64,000 bases of DNA from Candidatus Barnesiella excrementavium (GTDB taxonomy: Bacteria > Bacteroidota > Bacteroidia > Bacteroidales > Barnesiellaceae). The stretch lies in assembly GCA_019115485.1 (NCBI GenBank), contig DXDM01000017.1, positions 1,789-65,788 of the forward strand, read 5' to 3'. Below, piece by piece: positions 1 to 9,797 of this stretch. Both the position numbers and the translations under genes were made by a program. Each line of letters starts with the position of its first letter. The first letter of the stretch is position 1. The notes beneath the pieces were generated by a model. The model saw nothing but the letters and a program-made list of their open reading frames with translations, searched no databases and had not been told where the DNA came from.

Positions 1-1
1 C

Positions 2-184
2 GATTTTCAGCAACAGGCAAAAACGGAATTCGGGGTCGTCTTCGGCCTGGGATATGAATTTGATTTCGGCGGATTTGTCGACGCCCGCTACAACTTGGGA
101 CTCACCCGCTCGATACGGGGAGCCGAGAGCGGCTATGAAGGGCGCAACATCAATATCTCCGTGGGATATCGGCTCTACCTGTAA
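2..184 (+). CDS. C-terminal fragment of an outer-membrane beta-barrel (porin-family-like) protein; N-terminus lies outside the window
   Basis: The frame is open from the window edge to TAA at 182-184. The tail ...GLGYEFDFGGFVDARYNLGLTRSIRGAESGYEGRNINISVGYRLYL has the alternating aromatic/small-residue beta-strand pattern typical of OMP barrels. It is absent from the ORF track because it has no start in the window. Confidence 0.4.
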   Translation, partial: DFQQQAKTEFGVVFGLGYEFDFGGFVDARYNLGLTRSIRGAESGYEGRNINISVGYRLYL

Positions 185-274
185 CTCTCTGCATTCATGC
201 AGGGAGGGTCCAATTCTGCCGAACCCTATCTCTGCCGGGATAGGCGCTCTCCCCGCTTCGACTCACGGCAAAGG

Positions 275-1327
275 TCAATCGAGCATCAGGCTCATGTAAG
301 GCCGCACGGCCGGGAGATCGAGCAACGACGACAGATGCGAATCGCCAAACAGCACGAGAGCCAACTCTGCCACATCGACATCGAGGTCGCATTTGTCGCC
401 TTCGGACCGACGACACGCCCCATCGCCTATCCGGTAGATACCCTCGTTCCCGGGCAACAGCGGGTCGGTCACCCGCACCACCGCTTGCCACGACGGGTAA
501 TTCTGCGCCACCACCGACAAGAGCAGCGGCACATCGACAATGCGCATCATACCCATGCGCTGCAAAAGCCCCCCTGCCTCGTCGGGCGGCGTCACGACCG
601 TAATCGGCTCACCAGGGAAGAGTTGTTCCACTTCGTGTAAAACAGCCTCACGGGCAGCACCGTCTACGGCCAAAAGTTCCTTGACCCGCGTGCGGTCGTC
701 GTGTGGCACGACAAAAGCCAAAGCCGACAACTCGCCGGCCTCGTCGGCCATCGCTACCACCTCGCCCCCATCGAGGCGATTGTCGCCACAGATTACCTCA
801 AAGTCGTTCCGCTCGTGCAACAGACAGCAGGAGCGCTGCCGCAGCATACCGTCGAAAAAACGATAGAGTTCGTCCACCGAGGGAGACACCCGGTGATACC
901 CGGCACCGACAAACCGGTGAGCGGCCGTATAGTCGCACTCACCCCGGAAGAAGACCGGCGCATAACCCTTCGTACCGTAGTAGTCGTACAACCAGGGCTC
1001 GGCCGGAATCAAGGCCGACAGCGGAATAGCCCGCGACCGCATCACCTCGAACGACTCGCGCAACAGCCGTCCCATCAACCCCCGGTTGCGATACTCGGGA
1101 CGCGTAGCGGCTCCCGAGATATAGCTCACCGGCAGCACCGACTCGCCATAGGTCATGCGATAGGGAAGCATCTGCAACGCCGAGGTCACTACCCCTCGCT
1201 CCTCAAAGCAACGGGCATTCTCATCGCGGTACAGTCGGTCGAACAACAGATTGACAAAACGTTCGTCATCATGAAAACAGAGTTGCCACAACTCCTTAAT
1301 CTGCTTTTTCTTCTCCTGAATATCCAT
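275..1327 (-). CDS. GNAT family N-acetyltransferase (Eis-like layout)
   Basis: 350-aa ORF with an ATG start. It has the acetyl-CoA binding block RPEYRNRGLMGRLL and a long C-terminal extension as in Eis-type GNATs. Confidence 0.8.
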   Translation of the reverse strand: MDIQEKKKQIKELWQLCFHDDERFVNLLFDRLYRDENARCFEERGVVTSALQMLPYRMTYGESVLPVSYISGAATRPEYRNRGLMGRLLRESFEVMRSRAIPLSALIPAEPWLYDYYGTKGYAPVFFRGECDYTAAHRFVGAGYHRVSPSVDELYRFFDGMLRQRSCCLLHERNDFEVICGDNRLDGGEVVAMADEAGELSALAFVVPHDDRTRVKELLAVDGAAREAVLHEVEQLFPGEPITVVTPPDEAGGLLQRMGMMRIVDVPLLLSVVAQNYPSWQAVVRVTDPLLPGNEGIYRIGDGACRRSEGDKCDLDVDVAELALVLFGDSHLSSLLDLPAVRPYMSLMLD

Positions 1328-1656
1328 GACTTTTCCTCCGATTTAGGAATAAAAACAATGCCTCCCAACGGTATGTTCTCAATGGCTTGTGTTTATTTAT
1401 AACATCTTGGTTAATAGATATATATAAAATTTATTTACTCCTTTTGTTTAATAGCAGAATATACAAACGACATAAATATCTTATTACAAGACAATTACAG
1501 ATAGAACCTGCACAAGAGATAAAACCGCTTCTATTCACGAATGGCGCTTACCAAAAGATAAACGCCACACATTCGCACTATTAATATTCTATATATAACT
1601 ATATTATATACAAATAGATATAAACTTATTATAAAGAGACGATTTACATTTCCAGA

Positions 1657-3111
1657 TTACTGTTCACTTTGTCCCGACGGATTGTTACCGTTGTTGGACG
1701 AGCGAGACCGGCGACGACGGTGATTCCGCCGTCTTGCATTCGAGCTCTTCTGAGCCTGTTGGGCCGTATTTTCTCCCCCCTCCTTCTTCGGGCTTTCGGG
1801 TACGGCAGCCTTCGTACTTTTAGCCGGATTCTTCGAGGCATTCTCCCTGGCCCCTTTATCGCCCCGGCGACGGTTGCGGGAACGGCCTCCACCATTGCGA
1901 CCTTCACCCCCACCGCCGTTTCTACCGCCACGGCCACGACGACCACCGTTTTCTTGGGCGGGAGCATATACCGGACCTTCACCCAAACCCTCGGGCAATT
2001 CCCGTTTGGCAATCTCATAACCCAGGAACGACTCGATGCGGTGGAACTTACCCTGCTCCTTCTCCGAGACAAAAGTGATAGCCGTACCATCGGCATTGGC
2101 CCGGGCCGTACGACCGATACGGTGGATATAATCCTCGGGGTCGTGAGGCACATCGTAGTTGATGACCAATCCTATCTGGTCGATATCGATACCCCGCGAA
2201 ATCACATCGGTAGCCACCAGAATGTCGATTTTGTTGTTTTTGAAATCGAGCATGACCGCCTCGCGCTCGGGCTGCTCCAAGTCGGAGTGCATGGCTGCCA
2301 CCTTGTACTTTTTCCGTTTAAGTGCGAAAGTCAGCTCCTTCACCTTCTGCTTCGACGACGAGAAGATGATGGTCTTCGTGCCGGTGGGCTCTTTGAAAAG
2401 CCAGTCGATAATTCCCATCTTCTGATTCTCGTAGCAGACGTAGGCCGACTGGTCGATAGCCTCGTTGGGCTTCGAGATGGCCACATTCACCTCTACCGGG
2501 TCGTTCATGATATTCTTGGCCAGCTGGCGAATCTTGGGCGGCATGGTGGCCGAGAACATGATGGTCTGCCGCTTGGCGGGCAGGCTGTTGCCTATCTTCA
2601 TGATATCGTCGTAGAAACCCATGTCGAGCATGCGGTCGGCCTCATCGAGAATGAAATATTCGACGCCCGAAAAATCGACATTCGAGATGTTCAGGTGCGA
2701 GATGAGCCGGCCCGGTGTAGCGATAATGATATCGGCACCCAAGGTCAACCCGCGCTTCTGCTGTTCCCACGAAGAGCCGTCGCCCCCACCCGACACCACT
2801 ACCGTGGAGATGGGCAGGAAATAGGAAAAACCGGCAAACTGCATGTCGATTTGCTGAGCCAGCTCGCGGGTAGGAGCCACAATAATCGCCCGCACCTTGT
2901 CGCCGCTTCCGGGATACTCCGAGAGCAAATTCAACAAAGGCAGGATATAGGCGGCCGTCTTACCCGTACCGGTCTGGGCACAAGCTATCAAATCTCTTCG
3001 CTGCAATATCACGGGAATGGTCTGTTCCTGCACCGGGGTAGCCTCTTGAAAATTCATGGCATCGAGCCCCTGCATAACCTCTTCCGACAATCCGAATTCT
3101 TCAAATGTCAT
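1657..3111 (-). CDS. DEAD-box ATP-dependent RNA helicase with Arg/Gly-rich C-terminal tail
   Basis: 484 aa. Motifs seen are Walker A AQTGTGKTAAY, DEAD box ILDEADRMLDMGF, SAT (FSATMP) and motif VI HRIGRTARA. The last ~95 aa are a low-complexity R/G/N-rich basic tail. Confidence 0.95.
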   Translation of the reverse strand: MTFEEFGLSEEVMQGLDAMNFQEATPVQEQTIPVILQRRDLIACAQTGTGKTAAYILPLLNLLSEYPGSGDKVRAIIVAPTRELAQQIDMQFAGFSYFLPISTVVVSGGGDGSSWEQQKRGLTLGADIIIATPGRLISHLNISNVDFSGVEYFILDEADRMLDMGFYDDIMKIGNSLPAKRQTIMFSATMPPKIRQLAKNIMNDPVEVNVAISKPNEAIDQSAYVCYENQKMGIIDWLFKEPTGTKTIIFSSSKQKVKELTFALKRKKYKVAAMHSDLEQPEREAVMLDFKNNKIDILVATDVISRGIDIDQIGLVINYDVPHDPEDYIHRIGRTARANADGTAITFVSEKEQGKFHRIESFLGYEIAKRELPEGLGEGPVYAPAQENGGRRGRGGRNGGGGEGRNGGGRSRNRRRGDKGARENASKNPAKSTKAAVPESPKKEGGENTAQQAQKSSNARRRNHRRRRSRSSNNGNNPSGQSEQ

Positions 3112-3210
3112 ATCTTTCTCCTTAAATTTTTTCTTTTCATTTATCTATTTCAAAACGAGGTATCACAAGCCATCGAGGCCTCATTTCCCCGTCTCCTATC
3201 TTTTCGGAGG

Positions 3211-3218
3211 CAAATGTA
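3211..3218 (-). promoter_or_regulatory. Bacteroidetes sigma-A -7 box (TACATTTG) for the DEAD-box helicase
   Basis: The minus strand reads TACATTTG, an exact TAnnTTTG match, ~100 nt upstream of ATG 3111 and directly after the upstream terminator. Confidence 0.4.
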
Positions 3219-3219
3219 C

Positions 3220-3251
3220 AAAAAAAAGGCGATATGCCGTTGCATATCGCC
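3220..3251 (-). terminator. Rho-independent terminator of the DUF4301 gene
   Basis: Perfect 10-bp stem GGCGATATGC/GCATATCGCC (3228-3237 / 3242-3251) with a 4-nt loop, followed on the minus strand by T8 (3220-3227). Confidence 0.75.
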
Positions 3252-3283
3252 CTCTATTCCGCAGTTATATCGTTGAATCGTAA

Positions 3284-4801
3284 TTACTGATGCTGAGGAC
3301 GCAGCAAATCGTTGACGGTCTTCACCGGGTTGAAAGTCTCGGCGGGAACCTCGACAAACACGGTATTCCAGTCGCTCATGGCTCCGTTCCACAAACCCGG
3401 CAGTTCGAGCGCTTTCAACTCGCGGCCGTTTTTCGACTTGTGCGAGATGAAGCCGGTATTCTTGTCGACATAGCGAGGCAAATCGTATTTCACACCCTGC
3501 CCGTTCCGCACGGCACATACCAGGTCGACGGGATTGAAGTGCGTACCCGACTCGAATTGTTTCCGAGCCTCGGGATTCGACATGTCGATTTGCGAACTTT
3601 CCAGAATTTGCAGCGAGGTAGTTCCGTCGGCATTGTAGGCTACAAACGGACCTCCGCCCGGCTCGCCCGAGTTGCGCACCATGCCGCACACCCGAATGGG
3701 GCGGTCGAACTTGCGCAACAGATACAGAGCCAGTTCGGCATCTTCCAGATTCTTGGTATCCTCGTTGCGCACAAAGAGTTTCCGGTGCAGGAACTGAACC
3801 ATTTCGCGCAAATCGTCGATAGTATATTTGCCGCTCTTCAACATGGCGGTATATCGGTTTATCTCGGCCTGCAAAGCTACCAGCACCCCCCCGATAATCT
3901 TTTTGTAGCGCACGGTGGGCGTTTTGAGGCGGTCAGGCACCACGTTGTCGATATTCTTGACAAAAATCACCTCGGCGTCGATATCGTTGAGATTCTCGAT
4001 GAGAGCCCCATGACCACCGGGACGGAACAGCACCTTGCCATTCTCGCGGAACGGCTCGTTGTTCATGTCGACGGCTATCGTGTCGGTCGAGGGTTTCTGT
4101 TCCGAGAAACTAATGTTGTAGCGCACACCGTAACGTTTCTCGTAGTCGGCTTTCTTTGCAGCTACAAGCTCTTTGAAATGAGGCAGATGCTCGTGCGACA
4201 CCGTAAAATGGATATTCACCTCACCATCGGAACTGGCGGCGTAGAGAGCCCCCTCGGTCAAATGCTCCTCCATGGCTGTACGGTCGGTCGTCGCATAGTG
4301 ATGGAATTTAAGCAACCCCTTGGGCAGGGCTCCGTAATTGAGGCCTTTGGCTTCGAGCAGATTCGACACCACAGCCTTGTAGTTCCCGGCTGCCATCAGG
4401 TCGGCAATCCCCTTCCCCTCGTTCTTCCGACAAGCGGCATCGAGGTCGGCATAGAAAGCAAAGTGCTCAATCGAGCCGAAAAATTTCTTTTCAAAGTCGG
4501 TCGTAGGTTCGTTATATTCGGCCGAAAGGAAGGCAAACAGGTCTTTGAACATACGGCTTGCGGCACCCGATGCCGGGACAAATTTCACGACCTTGTGACC
4601 GTCTTTCAAATATCCCTCCCACAAATCGAGGTAGTGTTCGGCCTGTTGTTCATCGAGGGCTAAAATTCCATTCCCCACCGATGCCGAAGCCTCTATTTTC
4701 AGGAACGGGAATCCCTGCTTGAACGAAGCCAACTGGTCTTCAACCACCCGAATGTCGATACCTTTCTCGGCAAACAAGTTTAAATCCTCTGTTGTAAACA
4801 T
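3284..4801 (-). CDS. DUF4301-family protein (conserved, function unknown)
   Basis: The ORF is trimmed to ATG 4801 (MFTTEDLNLFAEKGI...). The N-terminal pattern ...QLASFKQGFPFLKIEASA...GI and the ~505-aa length match my recollection of DUF4301 proteins. Coding is clear, the family name less so. Confidence 0.75.
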   Translation of the reverse strand: MFTTEDLNLFAEKGIDIRVVEDQLASFKQGFPFLKIEASASVGNGILALDEQQAEHYLDLWEGYLKDGHKVVKFVPASGAASRMFKDLFAFLSAEYNEPTTDFEKKFFGSIEHFAFYADLDAACRKNEGKGIADLMAAGNYKAVVSNLLEAKGLNYGALPKGLLKFHHYATTDRTAMEEHLTEGALYAASSDGEVNIHFTVSHEHLPHFKELVAAKKADYEKRYGVRYNISFSEQKPSTDTIAVDMNNEPFRENGKVLFRPGGHGALIENLNDIDAEVIFVKNIDNVVPDRLKTPTVRYKKIIGGVLVALQAEINRYTAMLKSGKYTIDDLREMVQFLHRKLFVRNEDTKNLEDAELALYLLRKFDRPIRVCGMVRNSGEPGGGPFVAYNADGTTSLQILESSQIDMSNPEARKQFESGTHFNPVDLVCAVRNGQGVKYDLPRYVDKNTGFISHKSKNGRELKALELPGLWNGAMSDWNTVFVEVPAETFNPVKTVNDLLRPQHQ

Positions 4802-4834
4802 ATCTATATAAATAATGAATTTTAATTCTGTTCC

Positions 4835-4842
4835 CAAAACTA
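4835..4842 (-). promoter_or_regulatory. -7 box TAGTTTTG for the DUF4301 gene
   Basis: Exact TAnnTTTG on the minus strand, 33 nt upstream of ATG 4801. Confidence 0.35.
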
Positions 4843-4884
4843 CAAAAAGCTCTAAAAAAAAGCACATTTTTAACTATAAAAATA

Positions 4885-4892
4885 TATATTTG
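4885..4892 (+). promoter_or_regulatory. -7 box TATATTTG for relA-type gene
   Basis: Exact TAnnTTTG, 31 nt upstream of ATG 4924. Confidence 0.35.
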
Positions 4893-4923
4893 AGACAGAA
4901 TTTTTTGATAATAGTCACACCTT

Positions 4924-7140
4924 ATGCCCGAAAAAAGCTATTTCACTCCCGAGGAAAGAGGAAATGTCCTGTCGGCCTACCGGCAGTTGCTGCGTCATAG
5001 TGTGCCGACAATGTCGGTCAACGACTTCCACCGCATGCGCCAACTCATTACCGAAGCCGTCACTACGGGACACTACCAGCGAAACAAGCAGGGCATCAAT
5101 CCGGTTGTGCGCAACCTCAACACGGCACTCATCTTGTGCGACCGCGTGGGGGTGGAGCGCAGCATGCTCATCGCCGTATCGATTTTCAATCTGGTCGTGA
5201 GCGAGTTTCTCACCATCGAAGCCGTACAGAAGGAGTTTGGCAACGACATCGCCCACGTCATTCGGGGCCTCATCAAGTCGAACAGCCTCTACGCCAAGCA
5301 GGCAGCCGTCGAGAGTGAGAACTTCCGCAAACTGCTGCTCTCTTTTGCCGAAGATATCCGGGTTATCATCATCATGATTGCCGACCGCTTGTGTGTGATG
5401 AAGATGATCAACCATCACCCCAACGAGAAATACCGCTACGACGTGGCTTGCGAGGCATCGTACCTCTACGCGCCGCTGGCCCACCGGCTGGGGCTCTACT
5501 CCATCAAATCGGAACTCGAAGATCTCTCGCTCAAATATACCAACCGCGAAATCTACGACCAGATAGCCCACAAGCTCAACGAGACGAAACGAAGCCGCGA
5601 CAAATACATCACCGAATTTATCGAACCGGTCAAACAGAAACTCGAAGCCGAAGGGCTGAACTTTGAAATCAAGGGTCGCACCAAGTCGATTTTTTCCATC
5701 TGGAACAAGATGAAAAAACAGAAGGCCGACCTGGAAGACATCTACGACCTCTTTGCCATTCGGGTAATCTTGGAGACTCCGCTCGACCAGGAGAAGGCCG
5801 ACTGCTGGAAGGTCTACTCGATTGTCACCGACATGTACCAGCCCAACCCCAAGCGCATGAAAGACTGGCTCTCCATTCCCAAGTCGAACGGGTATGAGTC
5901 GCTACACATCACCGTACTGGGGCCCGGTCAGCGCTGGGTCGAGGTACAGATTCGTACCCGCCGCATGGACGAGATTGCCGAACGCGGACTGGCAGCCCAC
6001 TGGAAATACAAGGGCATCAAGAGCGAGTCGGGACTCGACGACTGGATGAACAACGTGCGCGAGGTGCTCGAAGCGGCCGAACACGGCGGAGCCTTGGAGC
6101 TGATGCGCGACTTCAAGATGGACCTCTACGACAAGGAGGTGTTTGTCTTCACCCCCAAGGGCGACCTGTACAAGCTGCCGCTGGGGGCCACCCTGCTCGA
6201 CTTTGCCTTCCTCATTCACACCGGGCTGGGCTGCAAATGCGTGGGCGGCCGCGTGAACGGAAAAATCGAAACCATCAAATACAAGCTCAAAAGCGGCGAT
6301 ACCATCGAGGTGCTCACCTCGCCCAACCAGACTCCCAAACAGGACTGGCTCAACATCGCCGCCACCTCGAAGGGGCGGGTAAAAATCAAGCAGGCTCTCA
6401 ACGAGCAGCAGAACAAAGATGCCGAATATGGCAAGGAGCTGCTGCAACGTCGTTTCAAGAACCGCAAGATGGAGATGGAAGACGGCATCATGATGAAACT
6501 CATCAAAAAGATGGGCTACAAGACGGTGACCGATTTCTACAACGAGCTGGCGGCCGAACACATCGACGTGAACCGGGTAATCGATCTCTACCTCGAAATC
6601 GAACGGAAAGAGAACAACGAACCGTATGAGGTGCGCACGGCCGAGGAGTTCACCCTGCAACCGAGCGAACACGACGAGACGAAGGAGGACGAGCTTATCA
6701 TCGGCGGCGACGTGAAGGGCATCGACTACAAACTGGCCAAGTGTTGCAACCCCATCTTCGGCGACGACATCTTCGGATTCGTGTCGACCGAGGGGACCAT
6801 CAAGATACACCGCAAGGACTGCCCCAACGCCCGGCACATATACAGCCGCTACCGCTACCGGGTGGTCAACGCCCGCTGGTCGGGAAAGATGGGGTCGAAA
6901 TACATCTGCGTGCTGCGGGTGGTGGGCAACGACGACATCGGTATCGTCACCAACATCACCTCCATCATCTCGAAAGAGAAGAATATCTATATGCGAGGTA
7001 TCTCCATCGACTCGAACGATGGCCTGTTCCAAGGGCACATCACCGTCATGGTCGACGATACCTCGGCCCTCAACAGCCTCATCAAGAAACTCAAAACCGT
7101 GAAAGGGGTGAAAGATGTGCAACGGAGTTCGGTAAATTGA
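4924..7140 (+). CDS. relA: Long RelA/SpoT-homologue (p)ppGpp synthetase, RelA-type (degenerate hydrolase domain)
   Basis: 738 aa. It has the synthetase block (NGYESLHITV..., VEVQIRT), a TGS domain (VFVFTPKGDLYKLPLGATLLDFAF) and a C-terminal ACT-like domain. The position of the HD hydrolase dyad reads SIFNLVVSEF. Confidence 0.93.
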   Translation: MPEKSYFTPEERGNVLSAYRQLLRHSVPTMSVNDFHRMRQLITEAVTTGHYQRNKQGINPVVRNLNTALILCDRVGVERSMLIAVSIFNLVVSEFLTIEAVQKEFGNDIAHVIRGLIKSNSLYAKQAAVESENFRKLLLSFAEDIRVIIIMIADRLCVMKMINHHPNEKYRYDVACEASYLYAPLAHRLGLYSIKSELEDLSLKYTNREIYDQIAHKLNETKRSRDKYITEFIEPVKQKLEAEGLNFEIKGRTKSIFSIWNKMKKQKADLEDIYDLFAIRVILETPLDQEKADCWKVYSIVTDMYQPNPKRMKDWLSIPKSNGYESLHITVLGPGQRWVEVQIRTRRMDEIAERGLAAHWKYKGIKSESGLDDWMNNVREVLEAAEHGGALELMRDFKMDLYDKEVFVFTPKGDLYKLPLGATLLDFAFLIHTGLGCKCVGGRVNGKIETIKYKLKSGDTIEVLTSPNQTPKQDWLNIAATSKGRVKIKQALNEQQNKDAEYGKELLQRRFKNRKMEMEDGIMMKLIKKMGYKTVTDFYNELAAEHIDVNRVIDLYLEIERKENNEPYEVRTAEEFTLQPSEHDETKEDELIIGGDVKGIDYKLAKCCNPIFGDDIFGFVSTEGTIKIHRKDCPNARHIYSRYRYRVVNARWSGKMGSKYICVLRVVGNDDIGIVTNITSIISKEKNIYMRGISIDSNDGLFQGHITVMVDDTSALNSLIKKLKTVKGVKDVQRSSVN

Positions 7141-7163
7141 CATGTACAACTAAAAAACGCCAT

Positions 7164-8015
7164 ATGATAAAACACTTCTACCTGTGGTTATGTGCCGGTG
7201 CCATTTTGTTATGGACCTGCGGAGATAACAGTCACGAAGCCAGCGAGCAATATGAAAAAGCCGTGAAGCTATTCGAGGCCGGTCAATACGAGAGTGCCCG
7301 AAATGCCATCGACAGTATCGAACAACTGTACCCAAAGGCTTTCAAACAGATTAAACAAGGTATGTTGCTCCTGTGTAAAGTCAAACAGAAAGAGAGCGAA
7401 CGCAACCTGCTCTATATCGACAGCGTGCTCAAAGTGAAACAAGGCGAACTCGAAGCGGCCAAAAAGAACTTTCGGTTCGAGAAAGATGCCAAATATCAAA
7501 CCGAGGGGAACTACGTCTACAACAAGTTCCCCAAGCAGCAGACCATCAACCGCAGCCAACTGAAAGTGCTGGTGACCGAGAACGGGCAAATGCAACTGGC
7601 GAGCGTCTACTACGGCAGCTCGCCGCTGAAACACAGCTCCATACGGGTTACCCTCCCCGACAAGAGCAAGGCCGAGACCCTGGCCATCGGGTATGACGGG
7701 GCCAACAACTACCGGTTCACCAACGACGGGAAGTATACCGAAATCGTCACCTATAAAGATGGTCAATGTTCGGCCGTGGCTTCGCTCATCGCCGACAATA
7801 CCGACAAGGCCATCACCCTCACCTATTTGGGCGGGAACCGCTATACGCTCGCGCTCGACCGTCTTACCCGCGAAGCGGTCAAGGCAACCCGCGACCTCTA
7901 CAACCTGATGCGTAGTGTCGACGACCTCTCCCGCGAATACCAGCTCAACGTACGCACGCTCGAACTGGCCGACAAACAGGTGATGCAACTCGAAAAACAA
8001 CAGGCCGAAAAATAA
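7164..8015 (+). CDS. Hypothetical lipoprotein with coiled-coil C-terminus
   Basis: 283 aa from ATG 7164 (MIKHFYLWLCAGAILLWTCGDN..., signal peptide with a lipobox-like LWTC). The track ORF 6741-8015 extends upstream across relA in another frame, and that extension is Arg/His-rich junk. Confidence 0.6.
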   Translation: MIKHFYLWLCAGAILLWTCGDNSHEASEQYEKAVKLFEAGQYESARNAIDSIEQLYPKAFKQIKQGMLLLCKVKQKESERNLLYIDSVLKVKQGELEAAKKNFRFEKDAKYQTEGNYVYNKFPKQQTINRSQLKVLVTENGQMQLASVYYGSSPLKHSSIRVTLPDKSKAETLAIGYDGANNYRFTNDGKYTEIVTYKDGQCSAVASLIADNTDKAITLTYLGGNRYTLALDRLTREAVKATRDLYNLMRSVDDLSREYQLNVRTLELADKQVMQLEKQQAEK

Positions 8016-8092
8016 ATCGTGCTTCCGTGAAGGAAGGGGGGGACGAAAAAGAAAAAGGAGAATAGCATTCAGCATCAAACGGCCGCCCCGAC

Positions 8093-9124
8093 CTAATCCA
8101 GGTCGTTGCTGCGCAACCAGCGGAAAATCTCGGTATAGACCGATTGGCGTACAGTCGGTTTCGACAATATCAGGTCGTGCAACCCCTCCTGCACCTCAAA
8201 CTCGGTTACCCGTGGGCCCAGCGTACGGCCGTAGCGGGCGATGTCCTTCACATCGAGTACCGCATCGCCCGACTGATGTTGGGGAGTCCACTCATCGCCC
8301 TGCACCGATTGGCTCGAATACATTAATAATATCGGGCACGGTATGTGCAACCCTTTGTGCACCTGCTTGTGCCCGCGATGTATGGCGCGCACCCAGGCAG
8401 CCGTAACAGGCGGCGAAACCTTGAATTTCAGGTTGGTGTCATACTCCCACTCCCCGTGATACGCCTTCAACAGACTCTCGGCATAGGCCGTGGAATTGCC
8501 CTGGCTGATTTTCGTATGCTTGAAACAACGTCCCCACGACGACACGAGGGGGACCAATACCTTCTCGTAAAAGCCGCTCATGTTCATGTCGAGGAAGGGA
8601 CTGTTGAGGATAAGCCCCTGCACCGGCAGACTGTCGCGATACGCCTCGCAGTAAAGCGAGGTGATGAGCCCGCCCGTCGAGTGGCCCATGAGCACAATCT
8701 CGCGGTTCCCTTCCTGGCGAATCAACGTCAGCGCCGTATCGATATCGGCAAAATACTCCTGCAAATCGCGCACCTCAAAAGGCGTCTGACCCGGCAGCAA
8801 CGAGCGGCCATACTTGCGCAGGTCCACGGCATAGAAATTGAAACACGAGTCGGTAAAGGTTTGAGCCATCGACTTCTGGAAGAAATAGTCGTTATACCCA
8901 TGCACATAGAGGATTGCCCGGTGCACATCGCCACACGGCGACAGGCTGCGCACCAGCGTGGTCACTACCCGGCCGCTGTAATCGTCGGGCATGACCAGTG
9001 TGCGCGACTCAAATCCTTCGCCCAAACGGTCGGGGTCATATTGAGCCGCCGTGAGAAAAGCCCCCGTGGCTACCCACAGCAGCACGGCGACGGCCAGATA
9101 CCTGGAAAACCTGATTTTCTTCAT
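8093..9124 (-). CDS. Alpha/beta hydrolase (lysophospholipase / S33-like)
   Basis: 343 aa with an N-terminal signal/anchor, the nucleophile elbow GHSTGG and a downstream HD-type acid/His region. Confidence 0.85.
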   Translation of the reverse strand: MKKIRFSRYLAVAVLLWVATGAFLTAAQYDPDRLGEGFESRTLVMPDDYSGRVVTTLVRSLSPCGDVHRAILYVHGYNDYFFQKSMAQTFTDSCFNFYAVDLRKYGRSLLPGQTPFEVRDLQEYFADIDTALTLIRQEGNREIVLMGHSTGGLITSLYCEAYRDSLPVQGLILNSPFLDMNMSGFYEKVLVPLVSSWGRCFKHTKISQGNSTAYAESLLKAYHGEWEYDTNLKFKVSPPVTAAWVRAIHRGHKQVHKGLHIPCPILLMYSSQSVQGDEWTPQHQSGDAVLDVKDIARYGRTLGPRVTEFEVQEGLHDLILSKPTVRQSVYTEIFRWLRSNDLD

Positions 9125-9138
9125 TACCTTTTTTACCG

Positions 9139-9594
9139 TTAATCTTCCAACGTGTTTTTCAAATTACCGAAGACCTTGGCCAACATCGAGCCGGCCATCT
9201 CGACCTCGCTGTCGGAGAAGCCTTCGAGTGCCGTGCGCATGATGGCCGTTACCAGAGGCTTGGTCGAATCTTCGAGTTCCCGGCCCTTGTCTGTGAGATG
9301 AATGAGATTGATGCGACGGTCCTTCACCCCGGGCGAGCGGACGACAAGTTGCTGTTTTTCCAGATTGTCAATCAAGCGGGTCATACTCGGCTTGTCCTTG
9401 AAAGTTACATTGCACAACTCCTGCTGCGTCACCCCGTCGCGCGACCACAAATAGTACAACACGGTCCACTGCTCGGGAGTGATGTCGATTGACAACTTGC
9501 GGAAACTGCGGTGCAGTTTCCGATTGATGGCCGCCGACAGCTTCCCGCTCATAAGGGCAAAGAGCATCTCTATGTTTAATTCCGAAAAGTTCAT
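9139..9594 (-). CDS. MarR family transcriptional regulator
   Basis: 151 aa with a winged-helix pattern (TPEQWTVLYYLW...GVTQQELC...DKPSMTRLIDNLEKQQLVVR...DRR). It sits 14 nt upstream of the hydrolase gene, so the two are a likely operon. Confidence 0.9.
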   Translation of the reverse strand: MNFSELNIEMLFALMSGKLSAAINRKLHRSFRKLSIDITPEQWTVLYYLWSRDGVTQQELCNVTFKDKPSMTRLIDNLEKQQLVVRSPGVKDRRINLIHLTDKGRELEDSTKPLVTAIMRTALEGFSDSEVEMAGSMLAKVFGNLKNTLED

Positions 9595-9655
9595 ATATTA
9601 ATCATTGCTTAAACAACTACAAAAGTAACTCAACTATACCACAAAAACAAATTTA

Positions 9656-9690
9656 GCCTCTCTTTTGCTCACCATTTGCAAAAAAGAGGC
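9656..9690 (-). terminator. Probable terminator downstream of sdaA
   Basis: Imperfect ~13-bp inverted repeat GCCTCT(C)TTTTGC ... GCAAAAAAGAGGC, followed by a T-rich tract on the minus strand. It lies ~108 nt after the sdaA stop. Confidence 0.5.
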
Positions 9691-9797
9691 TTTCATATTT
9701 CGACGAACAACGCTTTCCGCATCGTTCCCGGTCACTCCACTCTCCCCTCCCCGACGCCTCGGCGAAGACCGTCTCGAATGGGAAGCGGGGAACCCGG